The position numbers and the translations under genes are program-made. Positions 1-9,654 of a stretch of DNA of 64,000 nucleotides are shown here, piece after piece (positions within the stretch are counted from its first letter, which is position 1; each line of letters begins with the position of its first letter). The DNA comes from Candidatus Caldarchaeum subterraneum (GTDB lineage: Archaea; Thermoproteota; Nitrososphaeria_A; Caldarchaeales; Caldarchaeaceae): positions 1,413,481-1,477,480 of the forward strand of contig BA000048.1 in assembly GCA_000270325.1 (NCBI GenBank). The letters run 5' to 3'. The notes under the pieces were generated by a model. The model did not search any database and had not been told where the DNA came from. It saw only the letters and a list, made by a program, of their open reading frames with translations.

Positions 1-1018
1 CTTCTCTGACCCAGTTTTCATGCGGCACGACTATCTCGGGTGTGTCCTCGATGCTGACGATTTTCGCCGAGGGGTTGATGAATACGCTCGCAGCCCTCAG
101 GGCGGTGGTTTTACCCGAAGCCGTCTCCCCGCAGAACCATATGCTCATCCCATGTTCGAGCATTATCCATAGATAGGCTGCTTCGAGGCTGCTCATCGTC
201 CCCCAGCTTATCAGGTCGGCTATACTCACGGGTTTCTCGGAGAATTTTCTGATGGTGAAGTTGCTGCCATGTCTGCTTACGTCGCTGCCGAAGACGATGT
301 TTATTCTGCTGCCATCTGGGAGTGAAGCGTCCACAATTGGCTTACGGAAGTTGACGGGCCTTCCTATTCTCTCCGCCAGCTTGACGACGAAAGCGTCGAG
401 CTCTTCCTGGTCTGAAAAGCTTATGTTTGTTTCGCAGCTTCCGAAGATTTTATGTTCAACGAATATGGGGCCGACGCCGTTGCATGAAATATCTTCGATA
501 TATTGGTCTCGGATGAATGCCTCAAGTGTTCCGAGATAGACTTTGTCCAGGATTACGCTGTTCCGGATTATGTCGGCGGTTGTCTGGTTGGCGGCGAGCT
601 TCTCCACAATCCCCTTCCTGTAAATCGGCTTATAGTCAAAATCCTCGAGTGTATCATCTATTTCGAGAAACATGTCGAGAAGCTCGTTGAGTAGTTTTTC
701 ATGTTCTTCGCGTGTGGTGTAGTCCATCTCGGGTGTGATGAGCCTCGCCAAGCCTTTTTCAACTATTTTGTTTATCTCCATGGGAGCCATTGTGAATGGG
801 CTTATGACGTTGTAGGACGATCTTTCGCTCGGCCTCGACTCGATGTGTATGAATAACGGGTCTCCGACTGGGTAGATGATGCTGAAGCTCCGGAGGCTGC
901 GCATTTCTCGGCTGAGTTGCTCTACATAGGAGGCTGTTTTGCCCTGAAGCCTCAGCTCCTCGATATACATTCTTAGATGAGGGTTTTCCATCAGAACTCT
1001 CGAGGGCACGCTGCTCAT
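1..1018 (-). CDS. flaI: Archaellum motor ATPase ArlI/FlaI (runs off the left edge)
   Basis: Not in the ORF track; translated by hand from ATG 1018: MSSVPSRVLMENPHLRMYIEEL...IIYPVGDPLFIHIE, with Walker A GETASGKTT near 105-135; directly downstream of flaH. Confidence 0.9.
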   Translation of the reverse strand, partial: MSSVPSRVLMENPHLRMYIEELRLQGKTASYVEQLSREMRSLRSFSIIYPVGDPLFIHIESRPSERSSYNVISPFTMAPMEINKIVEKGLARLITPEMDYTTREEHEKLLNELLDMFLEIDDTLEDFDYKPIYRKGIVEKLAANQTTADIIRNSVILDKVYLGTLEAFIRDQYIEDISCNGVGPIFVEHKIFGSCETNISFSDQEELDAFVVKLAERIGRPVNFRKPIVDASLPDGSRINIVFGSDVSRHGSNFTIRKFSEKPVSIADLISWGTMSSLEAAYLWIMLEHGMSIWFCGETASGKTTALRAASVFINPSAKIVSIEDTPEIVVPHENWVRE

Positions 1019-1023
1019 GGTTT

Positions 1024-1743
1024 CTACGCCTTGGCCTGCGAGAAAGGCAGCACCCTGATGCCGAAGACCTGGTCAACCTCGAAGGCTATGGTCAACCCGC
1101 TTTTCTCAGCGCCCTTAAGCTTCATGACCTGCAGAACTCTGACAATTCTCTCACCCATCTCCTTTACGCTGAGCACGAAATGGACATCTGATATAGAGCG
1201 TAATCTGAGGAAAAGGTCGGTGTCGAGTGCATGCGAGTGTATGCTTAGGAAAATCGTTTTGCCTTCTTCGTCAACAATGTTTCTGAGGACTGTGAAGAAG
1301 TTGAGGATGTCTGTTGTCGATGCGTTGGTGAGGAGATAGGTCATCGAGTCTATGAAGAATACGTTTTCCTTTGAACGGCTTTGGATGAAGGCTGTGACGA
1401 GTCGGAGCAGCTTGGTGTATTGCTGTGATGACCAGCTAAAGTTTCTCACATGCATCTCACCTATTTTCAGCCTTCCTGTGATGATGAAGTATGAGGGATT
1501 CCATGACAACGAGGCCATACTCTCCCTAACGGCCCTCATACTCCCCTCTGTGCTGAGCAGGTAGCAGTTGAACCCGGAGAGTAATGCTCCATAGCAGTAT
1601 TGTAGTGTCAGGACTGATTTTCCGCTGTCGTTGGGGCCTTCGATAAGGCAGAGGGCGGGTGTCTTTATATGGCCGATTTTACGGTCCAGTTCGCTGTTAA
1701 AGGCTCTGATGTATCCTTCGGTCAATTCTCCGTCACCACCCAA
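1024..1743 (-). CDS. flaH: Archaellum RecA/KaiC-like ATP-binding protein ArlH/FlaH
   Basis: IEGPNDSGKS Walker A, FFIDS Walker B, C-terminal FEVDQVFGIRVLPFSQAKA; position in the arl cluster. Confidence 0.9.
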   Translation of the reverse strand: MGGDGELTEGYIRAFNSELDRKIGHIKTPALCLIEGPNDSGKSVLTLQYCYGALLSGFNCYLLSTEGSMRAVRESMASLSWNPSYFIITGRLKIGEMHVRNFSWSSQQYTKLLRLVTAFIQSRSKENVFFIDSMTYLLTNASTTDILNFFTVLRNIVDEEGKTIFLSIHSHALDTDLFLRLRSISDVHFVLSVKEMGERIVRVLQVMKLKGAEKSGLTIAFEVDQVFGIRVLPFSQAKA

Positions 1744-2219
1744 AACCTGGCCAAAATGGCCTGAGACGAGTTGACAGCCTCCTCAAGTGTTGCATTGATG
1801 TAGATTGTTTCCCCGATGTTCCAAACACCTTCAAGCTCGGGGCTGAGAACCATAGGGTCAAGAGCCTCATCTGACTCGCCCAGCTTCACATCAATAATCT
1901 GCCACCCCGGAGTCTCGCCGAAGTTAAGCCTGCGTATCCTACGTACTCCGTCTTCGTTAAAGTAGATGATGAATAGGTCAGCCACCTTGATGTGTTTTGA
2001 AGGGATGTCGACGGGCCCGTAGTTTTGGATGCTTAGGTATACATTGTTTCCCGAAACATTTGTGATTGTGGGTTCGAGTTTCTTTAGGGATGATCTGCGT
2101 GATTGATTCAGCTCAGCCATCGTCGCCGCCGCGTCATACACGTTCAGGAAGTATCCGAGGAATTGTAGAATTATAAGAGTGGTTATGCCAAATGACACCA
2201 GCAATCCATAGACCGACAT
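1722..2219 (-). CDS. flaF: Archaellum accessory protein, ArlF/FlaF-like
   Basis: N-terminal hydrophobic helix, IQNYG and WNIGET motifs of the archaellin-like beta domain; lies between flaG and flaH. Confidence 0.6.
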   Translation of the reverse strand: MSVYGLLVSFGITTLIILQFLGYFLNVYDAAATMAELNQSRRSSLKKLEPTITNVSGNNVYLSIQNYGPVDIPSKHIKVADLFIIYFNEDGVRRIRRLNFGETPGWQIIDVKLGESDEALDPMVLSPELEGVWNIGETIYINATLEEAVNSSQAILARFWVVTEN

Positions 2220-2226
2220 TTTTCAA

Positions 2227-2715
2227 TCAACCTACCGAAAATACATAGGACGAGGAGAAGTATGGGCCGGCTATTTTCACGGTGTATTCGCCGGGGTTTA
2301 GAGGTGTCTCGAGCTGCATGGTGATCGCAAGGGTTTCACCCCATGACCAGCCGTTGTCATTCAGGGTTTCTTTTAGGATGCTGTATCTCCAGCGGTAGGG
2401 CCCATGTCCGTGCTTCATCAGGAAAAACGTATCTCTTCCCACGAGGAATATGTCGGAGGCCTCGATTTCGGCGTAGGAGATTCTCTCAGTCCCCACGTTT
2501 TTCAGCCAAAGATACACAACGCTGCGGTTGTCGCTCACATATCCCATCAGGGGCTCAACGCTCGTCAGCGCTTCTCTCTTCATTCTGCTTACCTTGGCTT
2601 GATTGGCTTGCTTCAATTCATCCACGAAGCTGAACATCGTCGAAGCATAGGCCGAGGCTGTTATGATGAGTGAGATGACGAAGATTGCTTCGGCCACTAT
2701 GTAGGCGCCTGTCAA
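2227..2715 (-). CDS. flaG: Archaellum accessory protein ArlG/FlaG
   Basis: AEAIFVISLII N-terminus, LWLKNVG, DIFL and WSWGETL motifs. Confidence 0.75.
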   Translation of the reverse strand: MTGAYIVAEAIFVISLIITASAYASTMFSFVDELKQANQAKVSRMKREALTSVEPLMGYVSDNRSVVYLWLKNVGTERISYAEIEASDIFLVGRDTFFLMKHGHGPYRWRYSILKETLNDNGWSWGETLAITMQLETPLNPGEYTVKIAGPYFSSSYVFSVG

Positions 2716-3332
2716 ACCTGACGACCACCCCAGCTTTTGCCGAGAAACTTTAGGTTACCAGCTGAGGAGAGAAGCAGAAAGGTTATCGGGTTTTCACGAT
2801 CTTTGACAAGCAGTGAGAGCATGTAGAGAACTATGAGGAAGTCGTTGAAGCTTGGAGGATGCGGCGGGGCCTGTTCTATTCTTGTATCCTTCTCCATTGT
2901 AGAAATGAATTCAAGAGCCTCCTTAATCCCCTCCAGCAAATTTTTCGGAATGAGGTTGCGCCAAGCCAGCATGTTAACTAAGTTGATGAGGTTATCTCTA
3001 CCAATTATCACAACCATCAGTTCTACGGCGGCCAACGTTGTGATGAAGGAGTCAAGTTCGTTGAAGCCCTGACGCAGCACCGACTCCTTGGCCAAACCCC
3101 CCTCTTGATGCGTCTTTGTATGCTCCTCAGCCGAACTGTCTGAGGCCAGTTTTGGCCGATTTTCCTCAACAACGACATCCTCAACCGCCCCTCTCAGGTA
3201 GACAAACGGGTTCTCAGCAGCATTCATCATCTCCCTAATTTCCAGCAAAGTCTTCTCAAGGGGCTCCCGGATGCGGCGAATTTCCTCCTCAAGCTTCTTT
3301 ATCCGCTTATCCCCGGTAACATTTTCGGCCAA
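2712..3332 (-). CDS. Putative compact ArlC/D/E-like archaellum protein
   Basis: First gene of the arl operon, strong SD GGAGGTGA before TTG; coiled coil ending in ENPF (FlaC-like) followed by GRDNLINLV...LIP and NDFLIVLYML (FlaD/E-like). Confidence 0.5.
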   Translation of the reverse strand: MAENVTGDKRIKKLEEEIRRIREPLEKTLLEIREMMNAAENPFVYLRGAVEDVVVEENRPKLASDSSAEEHTKTHQEGGLAKESVLRQGFNELDSFITTLAAVELMVVIIGRDNLINLVNMLAWRNLIPKNLLEGIKEALEFISTMEKDTRIEQAPPHPPSFNDFLIVLYMLSLLVKDRENPITFLLLSSAGNLKFLGKSWGGRQV

Positions 3333-3450
3333 TTTTTTTCACCTCCAACAATGACATGGTCCATTCGACCAAGAAAATATGGGTTAAGAAATAAGCTTTA
3401 CTAGAATCAGACACAAATAATACAAAAGTCCAAAAAATCTCTAACAAACC

Positions 3451-3460
3451 TTATATTTAT
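3451..3460 (+). promoter_or_regulatory. Probable TATA box of the archaellin gene
   Basis: TTATATTTAT about 26-35 nt upstream of ATG 3486. Confidence 0.5.
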
Positions 3461-3485
3461 CCGCAGACAGTTATCAGTCGCAGAA

Positions 3486-4065
3486 ATGAAAAACCAAACA
3501 AAAATAATGAAAAAACAACAACAAAGGTCTGACGGGACTAGAGACGGCCATAATATTGATAGCCTTCGTCATCGTAGCCAGCGCCTTCAGCTTCGCCGTC
3601 CTAAACCTCGGCCTCTTCACCACACAGAAAACAGGCGAAGTCATGCAGGCAGGTCTCGAGGAGACTTTGTCATCTATCGAGACAGCTGGGGCTGTTGTGG
3701 CAAAGAGCTCCAACGGAAGCATAACCGAGATCGTCATCTACATCAAGTCTTCGGTGGGTAAGGGCGAGGTTGACGTACGTTCGGGCAAGCTCGTCATCAC
3801 CTACAGAGACAAAGCCATCTTTAGGGAGAACATCTACACCAACAACTCAACAATTACAACGGTATATCAAGTGACGGGAGACGGAGACACTGTACTGGAA
3901 TACGGCGAAGTCTTCGCTGTCAAAATAGACGTAACCGCGATTTCTGGGGCTAGCCTGGCGCCCAACGATGTCTTCAGCGTCGAGATCAAGCCGCCGCAGG
4001 GTTCGTTGCTTAAGGTTGAGCGGAGGCTTCCGCCGTCTTTCGACCCCGTCATGGACCTGACTTAA
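3486..4065 (+). CDS. flaB: Archaellin ArlB/FlaB with an apparent +1 frameshift in the signal peptide
   Basis: Class III signal KG|LTGLETAIILIAFVIVASAFSFAVLNLG is in the frame of ORF 3556-4065, but ATGs 3486/3507 are one base out of frame across the A6 run 3510-3515. Confidence 0.85.
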
Positions 4066-4110
4066 ACTCCCCCACCCCTCCCCCTATTTTTTTATACCAC
4101 CATTTTTTCC
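4066..4110 (+). terminator. Pyrimidine/T-tract terminator after the archaellin gene
   Basis: C-rich tract followed by TATTTTTTTAT and CATTTTTTCC just after the stop. Confidence 0.5.
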
Positions 4111-4171
4111 ATAAATTATGCGACTATCATGTCGACCTATTTCACCGTTTGTATGATTTTTAGGAGGTGGT

Positions 4172-4840
4172 TTGTTGCAGGGGGATGATGTTTTGCTCGG
4201 TGCTTCTCCGGCAGCCTATGCAGAGTGGGTTGCTAGAGATTTTCAGAGGCTGAGGTCAGCGAACCACAGCGCTGTGATGAAAAAATGTGACGTGGTGTTT
4301 CTACGCGGCGACGGAGCTAAGCCAAGCCGCTACATAGTCAATGTATTGAACAAAACTTTCACGGTTGAGCTTGACGAGGGTAAGGTGGTGGACTTGATGA
4401 CTGGAAAAGATGCAGGCGAAAAACTCAGCTACGTGATTCTGGAGTATTTGCTGGGTGAGGGGGCGGCTGGGCAGGATAGCTGGCAGCCACTTGACACACT
4501 CTTAAAGACATCTGCCTACCTCTCCTACTACCAGAAAACCGTTCTCAACCCGCTTCTGAAAACCTTTGGAAACCAGGCCCTGTTGTTTGAGGAGTCTTCA
4601 CGCATGCTCGGAGGCAAGAGGGAGAAACTTGGTGGAACAGCATATTCCTTCACATTTCTACCCAAGGTAAGGCTGCTGATACAGGTTTGGTTCGGTGACG
4701 AGACCGAGATGCGTAAAACATCTATAAACGCGTCCTACAACATGTCCGCAGCCAAGTTCCTGAAACCCACTCCCCTCCTCATAGCCTTCGAAATTTTGAC
4801 AACCCTCTTAACCAAGACGATTAAGAAACAGAAAACCTAG
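4172..4840 (+). CDS. DUF3786-like protein
   Basis: ILEYLL...WQPL...LLKTFG...LGG...AYSFTFLPKVRLLIQVWFGDE pattern; SD GGAGGTGG. Confidence 0.6.
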   Translation: MLQGDDVLLGASPAAYAEWVARDFQRLRSANHSAVMKKCDVVFLRGDGAKPSRYIVNVLNKTFTVELDEGKVVDLMTGKDAGEKLSYVILEYLLGEGAAGQDSWQPLDTLLKTSAYLSYYQKTVLNPLLKTFGNQALLFEESSRMLGGKREKLGGTAYSFTFLPKVRLLIQVWFGDETEMRKTSINASYNMSAAKFLKPTPLLIAFEILTTLLTKTIKKQKT

Positions 4841-5349
4841 CTCCACTCCTCATCAGCAACCCCTGACAAATGATTTACGTAACGGGCTGCTGTGAAAAAA
4901 AACTTTGAAAGAAAGTTGAGAAAAGAAAAGGCGAGGGGGTCCACCTCCGATGTGTCGCCGAGTCTAACCAGTGTTCTCTCAGCTCTGCGAGCCACAGCCC
5001 TACATACATGCAGATATGCCGCGGCTTCTGCTCCACCGGGGTAAATAAACCGTCTCAAAAGCGGGAGCCTGTTCTCCATCTCTTTCTCAAAAAGTCTGAG
5101 CTCATCCAAACAAGCCCTGACGCGGTCAAGGGGGTGATTTGGAACCGCCAAATATGAGCCGATGTGGAATAATGCTTCCTGAATCTTTTTAAGAGATTGT
5201 CTAAGCTCTTCGTCCACGGTGAGAGAGCGGGCGACGCCGACGAAGGCGGATAACTCGTCAACCGTGCCTAAAGCCTCTAAAAGCGGATGATTCTTCTTAA
5301 CCTTGCCCCGGCCCGGTAGAAAGGTTTCATCATCCTTTTTTTCGCTCAA
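4837..5349 (-). CDS. pduO: PduO-type cob(I)alamin adenosyltransferase
   Basis: EALGTVDELSAFVG, FIYPGG, LHVCRAVARRAER, FLNFLS motifs. Confidence 0.85.
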   Translation of the reverse strand: MSEKKDDETFLPGRGKVKKNHPLLEALGTVDELSAFVGVARSLTVDEELRQSLKKIQEALFHIGSYLAVPNHPLDRVRACLDELRLFEKEMENRLPLLRRFIYPGGAEAAAYLHVCRAVARRAERTLVRLGDTSEVDPLAFSFLNFLSKFFFTAARYVNHLSGVADEEWS

Positions 5350-6473
5350 CTTTTCTGAACCATCTTCCTTATCTTCTCAAAGCTGATGGCTGGCGTCGGC
5401 TTCTCGGGAACAATTCCCTGCGGCCTTATGATTAAGACTATTATCAGCGCGATGCCGAACAGCAGTCTGTCGAGCCAGACGATGCTGAAGGGGATAAACG
5501 GTTCGAGCAGATAGTTGTAGGTGAGTATTGCTTGGCGTAGAATGACGAAGACAAGTGTTCCAAGCAGTACTCCTCTGTTGTTCCCCGCTCCGCCGATAAT
5601 CACCATGACCCAGGGCCAGAAAGTCCATGTGAAACGGTCGTAGTTGTTGGCTATAACCGCAACCGAGTTAAAGGCCCAGAGAGCACCAGCGACAGCCGCC
5701 ATCATAGACGAGACTACCAGAATTTTCTGCTTAACCCGTACAACATCTATGCCCAGAACCTCGGCCGCCATCTCACTGTCCCTAACAGCCCTCAGCACAC
5801 GGCCCGCCGGAGAATAGGTGACGGACCTTACATAGAGGAAGAAAAGCACGGCCACGGTGAGCATGACTAAGGTGGCTGCATAAGGTCGTAGTCCTCCGAG
5901 CCAGCCGTATGGGTCGGGGACAGCGACACCCAACGTGCCGCCAACCAGGGTTCTGTCAAGATAGCCTATTTGGCGGAGAAACTCTCCCATAGCCAGCAGC
6001 GTCATCGCGAGGTAATCCTCCCTCAGCCTAATGCTGGGGTAAGACGCTATGAAGCCGAGTCCTGCGCCGACGATGGCCGCCAACCCAACCATGGCAACCA
6101 GCAGAGCTATCGAGAGCACGGGGTCGTTCACGAGAACACGTCTAACACAGTCTATCACAACAGCGTTGTCCTCGATGTAGTCAATACTATCCATGAGCTT
6201 TGGCTTGACCTGTACAAGGGTGCTGAGACACTCCGCCAGCACAGGGTTGTCCTGCACCGCTCTGTAGCCCGCGAAGAGGTTGAGCTGACTCGCCAATATC
6301 CGTCCCGGAACCGCGCCCACAACAAACGCACCCCCCGCGACGGCGAGTACTTTTCCGAAGTTAGGTATCCCTGTGAAGCCATACTCGAAGTTGAGGCTGA
6401 CGTTAACCATCAAGTAGATAGCAACATAGCCGAGGACATTCAATAGGAAGATGATAAGCTGCTCGTCTATCAC
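5346..6473 (-). CDS. livM: Branched-chain amino acid ABC permease LivM
   Basis: LNFEYGFTGIPNFG, RLREDYLAM, GRVLRAVRDSEMAAEVLG. Confidence 0.88.
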   Translation of the reverse strand: MIDEQLIIFLLNVLGYVAIYLMVNVSLNFEYGFTGIPNFGKVLAVAGGAFVVGAVPGRILASQLNLFAGYRAVQDNPVLAECLSTLVQVKPKLMDSIDYIEDNAVVIDCVRRVLVNDPVLSIALLVAMVGLAAIVGAGLGFIASYPSIRLREDYLAMTLLAMGEFLRQIGYLDRTLVGGTLGVAVPDPYGWLGGLRPYAATLVMLTVAVLFFLYVRSVTYSPAGRVLRAVRDSEMAAEVLGIDVVRVKQKILVVSSMMAAVAGALWAFNSVAVIANNYDRFTWTFWPWVMVIIGGAGNNRGVLLGTLVFVILRQAILTYNYLLEPFIPFSIVWLDRLLFGIALIIVLIIRPQGIVPEKPTPAISFEKIRKMVQKS

Positions 6474-7408
6474 TCCGACCCACCTCTCGGAACTTGTTTA
6501 AAGACGCTACTTAACCTGAGAGAGACCAAACCCTGCGGCACCAGCAGAAGAGTTATCGCCATAGCCAATATGGGTATCAGTGGTCTGTAAACCGTTATCC
6601 AAGGCCCGAAAGAAAGACCCAGCTGACGTGTCCCAAGAACCTCCACAAACCCCAGCAGATACCCACCTGCAACTGCTCCATAGATGTTCTGCAGCCCGCC
6701 TACAATGGCCGCCGCGAAAATGCTGATGAGTAATTCGCTGCCGTAGTTGGGGCTTCCCTGAAACCAGAGGGCCAGTAGCGAGCCTGCGACTCCGCCCAAG
6801 CCGCCGGCGAGGAACCATGAAAATGTGTATGCTCTTTTCACGTTGATGCCCAGTGTCCCGGCTAGGGATGGGTTTTCTATCGCCGCCCTCAGCCCGATGC
6901 CGAAACGTGTTTTGTTTAGAAGCAGGTAGAGCAGAAAAACGGTTGAGACAGCGAGAGCAGGAGCAATTATAAACACCCCTGGCTCCCCGAAAATTCTCAC
7001 ATCAAATTTTCTAATTAGAAAGCCTCTGCTCTGGACCTTGAACGTCTGGGTGAAGTAGTCGGCGTAGATGTTGAGCACCGCGATGAGTATGAGCTCGAAA
7101 GCTATTGTGGCAATCATCTGAGACACTAGGCTCGCGTCACGGGAAATCAGAGGCCGCAAAACCAGTAGATACAACGCGAGCGCAGCCAGGCCACCCAAAA
7201 GGAAAGCAGGTAGAAGAGAAAGATAAGCAGGTTGATTAAAAGCAGAGGTCATCGTAAGCATTGTCATCATCCCGATGGATGCGAAGCTGCCGTGGCTGAA
7301 GTTGGGAACCTTTGTTGTGAGATAATTAAGTGTGAGTCCAAGGGTTAAGAGGCTGAGCATGCTGGCGAAAATAACCGCATCTCTTATAACAGGGTCGATG
7401 AACACCAT
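6470..7408 (-). CDS. livH: Branched-chain amino acid ABC permease LivH
   Basis: LGLTL...PNFSHG, TRFGIGLRAAIENPSLA, AAIVGG. Confidence 0.88.
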   Translation of the reverse strand: MVFIDPVIRDAVIFASMLSLLTLGLTLNYLTTKVPNFSHGSFASIGMMTMLTMTSAFNQPAYLSLLPAFLLGGLAALALYLLVLRPLISRDASLVSQMIATIAFELILIAVLNIYADYFTQTFKVQSRGFLIRKFDVRIFGEPGVFIIAPALAVSTVFLLYLLLNKTRFGIGLRAAIENPSLAGTLGINVKRAYTFSWFLAGGLGGVAGSLLALWFQGSPNYGSELLISIFAAAIVGGLQNIYGAVAGGYLLGFVEVLGTRQLGLSFGPWITVYRPLIPILAMAITLLLVPQGLVSLRLSSVFKQVPRGGSE

Positions 7409-7442
7409 GAATTTTCTCTCCTTTTCTTCACACTAACCCTTG

Positions 7443-7499
7443 TATTAATAATTTTTAGAGGAAAGCTTCTAATGACCAATTTTTGAAAACGTTTATAAA
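7443..7499. promoter_or_regulatory. Divergent promoter region livH / substrate-binding protein
   Basis: TATTAATA (7443-7450) and GAAAACG-TTTATAAA (BRE+TATA, TATA 7492-7499), the latter 24 nt before ATG 7523. Confidence 0.5.
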
Positions 7500-7522
7500 G
7501 GTCTAACGACCTCCTAAAAAAC

Positions 7523-8854
7523 ATGAACAGAAAAAGCTCAGCAGGGGTTTCATCCTCTGTAGCTGGCGCTGCTGCTGTCGTTGCATTGATTGTCGGCTTG
7601 TTGATAGGCGGCATCGGTCTCGGCCCCATACTCTCCCCTGCCCAAACCATAACACAGACAAAAACAGTGGCTACGACCGCGACTGTTACAGCTGCAGCGG
7701 GTTTAACAGGTGAGGTCACTATAGGTAGTTTGCTGTGTCTCAGCGCTGTTCTTTCCTCCTATGCTGAAAACGAGCGAGTAGCGATGGACCTTGCCGCGAG
7801 AGAAGTGAACGACTTTCTCCAACGTGCTGGTGCAGGTTTTAGAATTCGCATGATTCATGAAGACACAGCCTGCAACCCCGCAACCGCCGAGGAAAAGATT
7901 CGTAGCCTCAATGCTAGAGGCGTTAAGCTGGTAGTTGGGCCCATGACTTCGGCTGAGGTTAGGCAGATAAAGAGCTATGTGGACGCGAACAAAATCCTGA
8001 TAATCTCGCAGTCATCGACGGCTCCTGACCTCAAGATACCCAACGACTTCGTATTCAGGTTCACCACAGCAGACGATATACAAGGCCCCATAGGACCGCG
8101 GCTCGCTAAGCTACTTGGCATAACACACTTCCTATATGTCTGGAGAGGAGACGCATGGGGTGATGGCCTGCACACGGTATCCACAGGTGAGGCAAAAAAG
8201 CTCGGATTAAACCTCGTCTTCGAGCTAAGATACGCCCCTGATAAAACCGAGTTCTCAGCAGAAGTCTCCCAACTCAACGCCAAGGTCACGGAACTCCTCA
8301 ACCAAGGAGTTTCTCCAGACAAAATAATGGTGGAAATCGTCGGCTTTGACGAGGTCGTAGCATTCCTCTCAGCTGCGAACGAATATCCGAACCTCAAGCG
8401 TATAAAGTGGTTTGGAAGCGACGGAACTGCGGTGACAGCTGCCATCTTCCAAGACCCAGCCGCCACAGGTTTCGCTGAGCAGGTCAAGTGGATTAATCCA
8501 TTGTTCTTTGCAACCACACCAGACAGAAAGGCCCGTGTCGACGCCGAGGTTCTCCGCGTACTCGGCAGGTCTCCACCTGACGCCTACAGCTACGCGGCAT
8601 ACAGCGCTGTCTGGGCTTACGCCCTCGCTTTGATGGCTACACAGAAGTATGACGCTGAAGCCGTGAGAGCTGTTTTGCCCACGATTGCGGCCGATTTCCT
8701 CAGCCTCAAGCTCGACGACGCAGGCGACCTTCCATACTCCGACTACATACTCTGGGTCGTCAAAACAGTTGACGGGAAGCCGAGATGGGTTGAGGCAGGG
8801 CGCTACGTCTACGCCTCAGGCACTTTTGAGTGGGCCGAGGGCTTCACTCCATAA
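7523..8854 (+). CDS. livK: Branched-chain amino acid ABC substrate-binding protein (LivK/LivJ family)
   Basis: N-terminal TM anchor, Thr-rich linker, EDTACNP, VVGPMTS, ISQSSTAP, FVFRF. Confidence 0.88.
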   Translation: MNRKSSAGVSSSVAGAAAVVALIVGLLIGGIGLGPILSPAQTITQTKTVATTATVTAAAGLTGEVTIGSLLCLSAVLSSYAENERVAMDLAAREVNDFLQRAGAGFRIRMIHEDTACNPATAEEKIRSLNARGVKLVVGPMTSAEVRQIKSYVDANKILIISQSSTAPDLKIPNDFVFRFTTADDIQGPIGPRLAKLLGITHFLYVWRGDAWGDGLHTVSTGEAKKLGLNLVFELRYAPDKTEFSAEVSQLNAKVTELLNQGVSPDKIMVEIVGFDEVVAFLSAANEYPNLKRIKWFGSDGTAVTAAIFQDPAATGFAEQVKWINPLFFATTPDRKARVDAEVLRVLGRSPPDAYSYAAYSAVWAYALALMATQKYDAEAVRAVLPTIAADFLSLKLDDAGDLPYSDYILWVVKTVDGKPRWVEAGRYVYASGTFEWAEGFTP

Positions 8855-8890
8855 TTTTCTTAAATACATCCCACACCTTTTTTCTTAGGG

Positions 8891-9652
8891 ATGGAAAACA
8901 TTATACTTGATGTTAGAGATGTTTACAAAAGCTTCGGCGGATTGTATGCGCTGAATGGAGCATCTCTACGTGTGAAGAAAGGCTCTCTATCACTGTTGAT
9001 TGGGCCTAACGGAAGCGGTAAAACAACCCTCATCAACACCGTGACAGGCGTCTACAAGCCCGAGGCCGGCAAGATAATTTTCGAGGATAGGAACATTACG
9101 GGTCTTAAGCCGCATGTCATCTACAAGCTCGGACTGGTGAGAACATGGCAAATACCTCAGCCCTTCTACTCCATGACCGTGCTCGAGAACCTCCTAGTGT
9201 CGGATAAGAACAAAAAAGGAGATGGGTTGTTGTCCGCGCTTCTCCGGTCGCGATGGATAGATAGGGAGATGGAGTTGACGCAGAAAGCTTTTGAAATTTT
9301 GAAACTGCTAAAGCTTGACCATCTCTGGGACCACAGGGCAAGCGAGCTCAGCGGAGGCCAGATGAAGCTCCTCGAAACAGGACGAGCACTGATGAGCGGC
9401 GCAAAAATGATATTGATGGACGAGCCTGCCGCGGGTCTCAACCCAGTACTCGCACACGAAGTATTCACACACCTAAGAAACGTCTGCAAAAAACTCGGGG
9501 CAACGCTTCTTCTAGTGGAACACAGGCTGGACATAGCGATACCATATGTTGACCATGTCTACGCCATGCATCTCGGTAAAGTTATCGCTGAGGGAGAGCC
9601 TCAAGAGGTTTTGACCAACAGCTTGGTCGTGGAAAGCTACTTGGGTGGCTGA
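8891..9652 (+). CDS. livG: Branched-chain amino acid ABC ATPase LivG
   Basis: GPNGSGKTT, LSGGQ, LMDEPAAG, YLG end. Confidence 0.92.
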   Translation: MENIILDVRDVYKSFGGLYALNGASLRVKKGSLSLLIGPNGSGKTTLINTVTGVYKPEAGKIIFEDRNITGLKPHVIYKLGLVRTWQIPQPFYSMTVLENLLVSDKNKKGDGLLSALLRSRWIDREMELTQKAFEILKLLKLDHLWDHRASELSGGQMKLLETGRALMSGAKMILMDEPAAGLNPVLAHEVFTHLRNVCKKLGATLLLVEHRLDIAIPYVDHVYAMHLGKVIAEGEPQEVLTNSLVVESYLGG

Positions 9653-9654
9653 CT

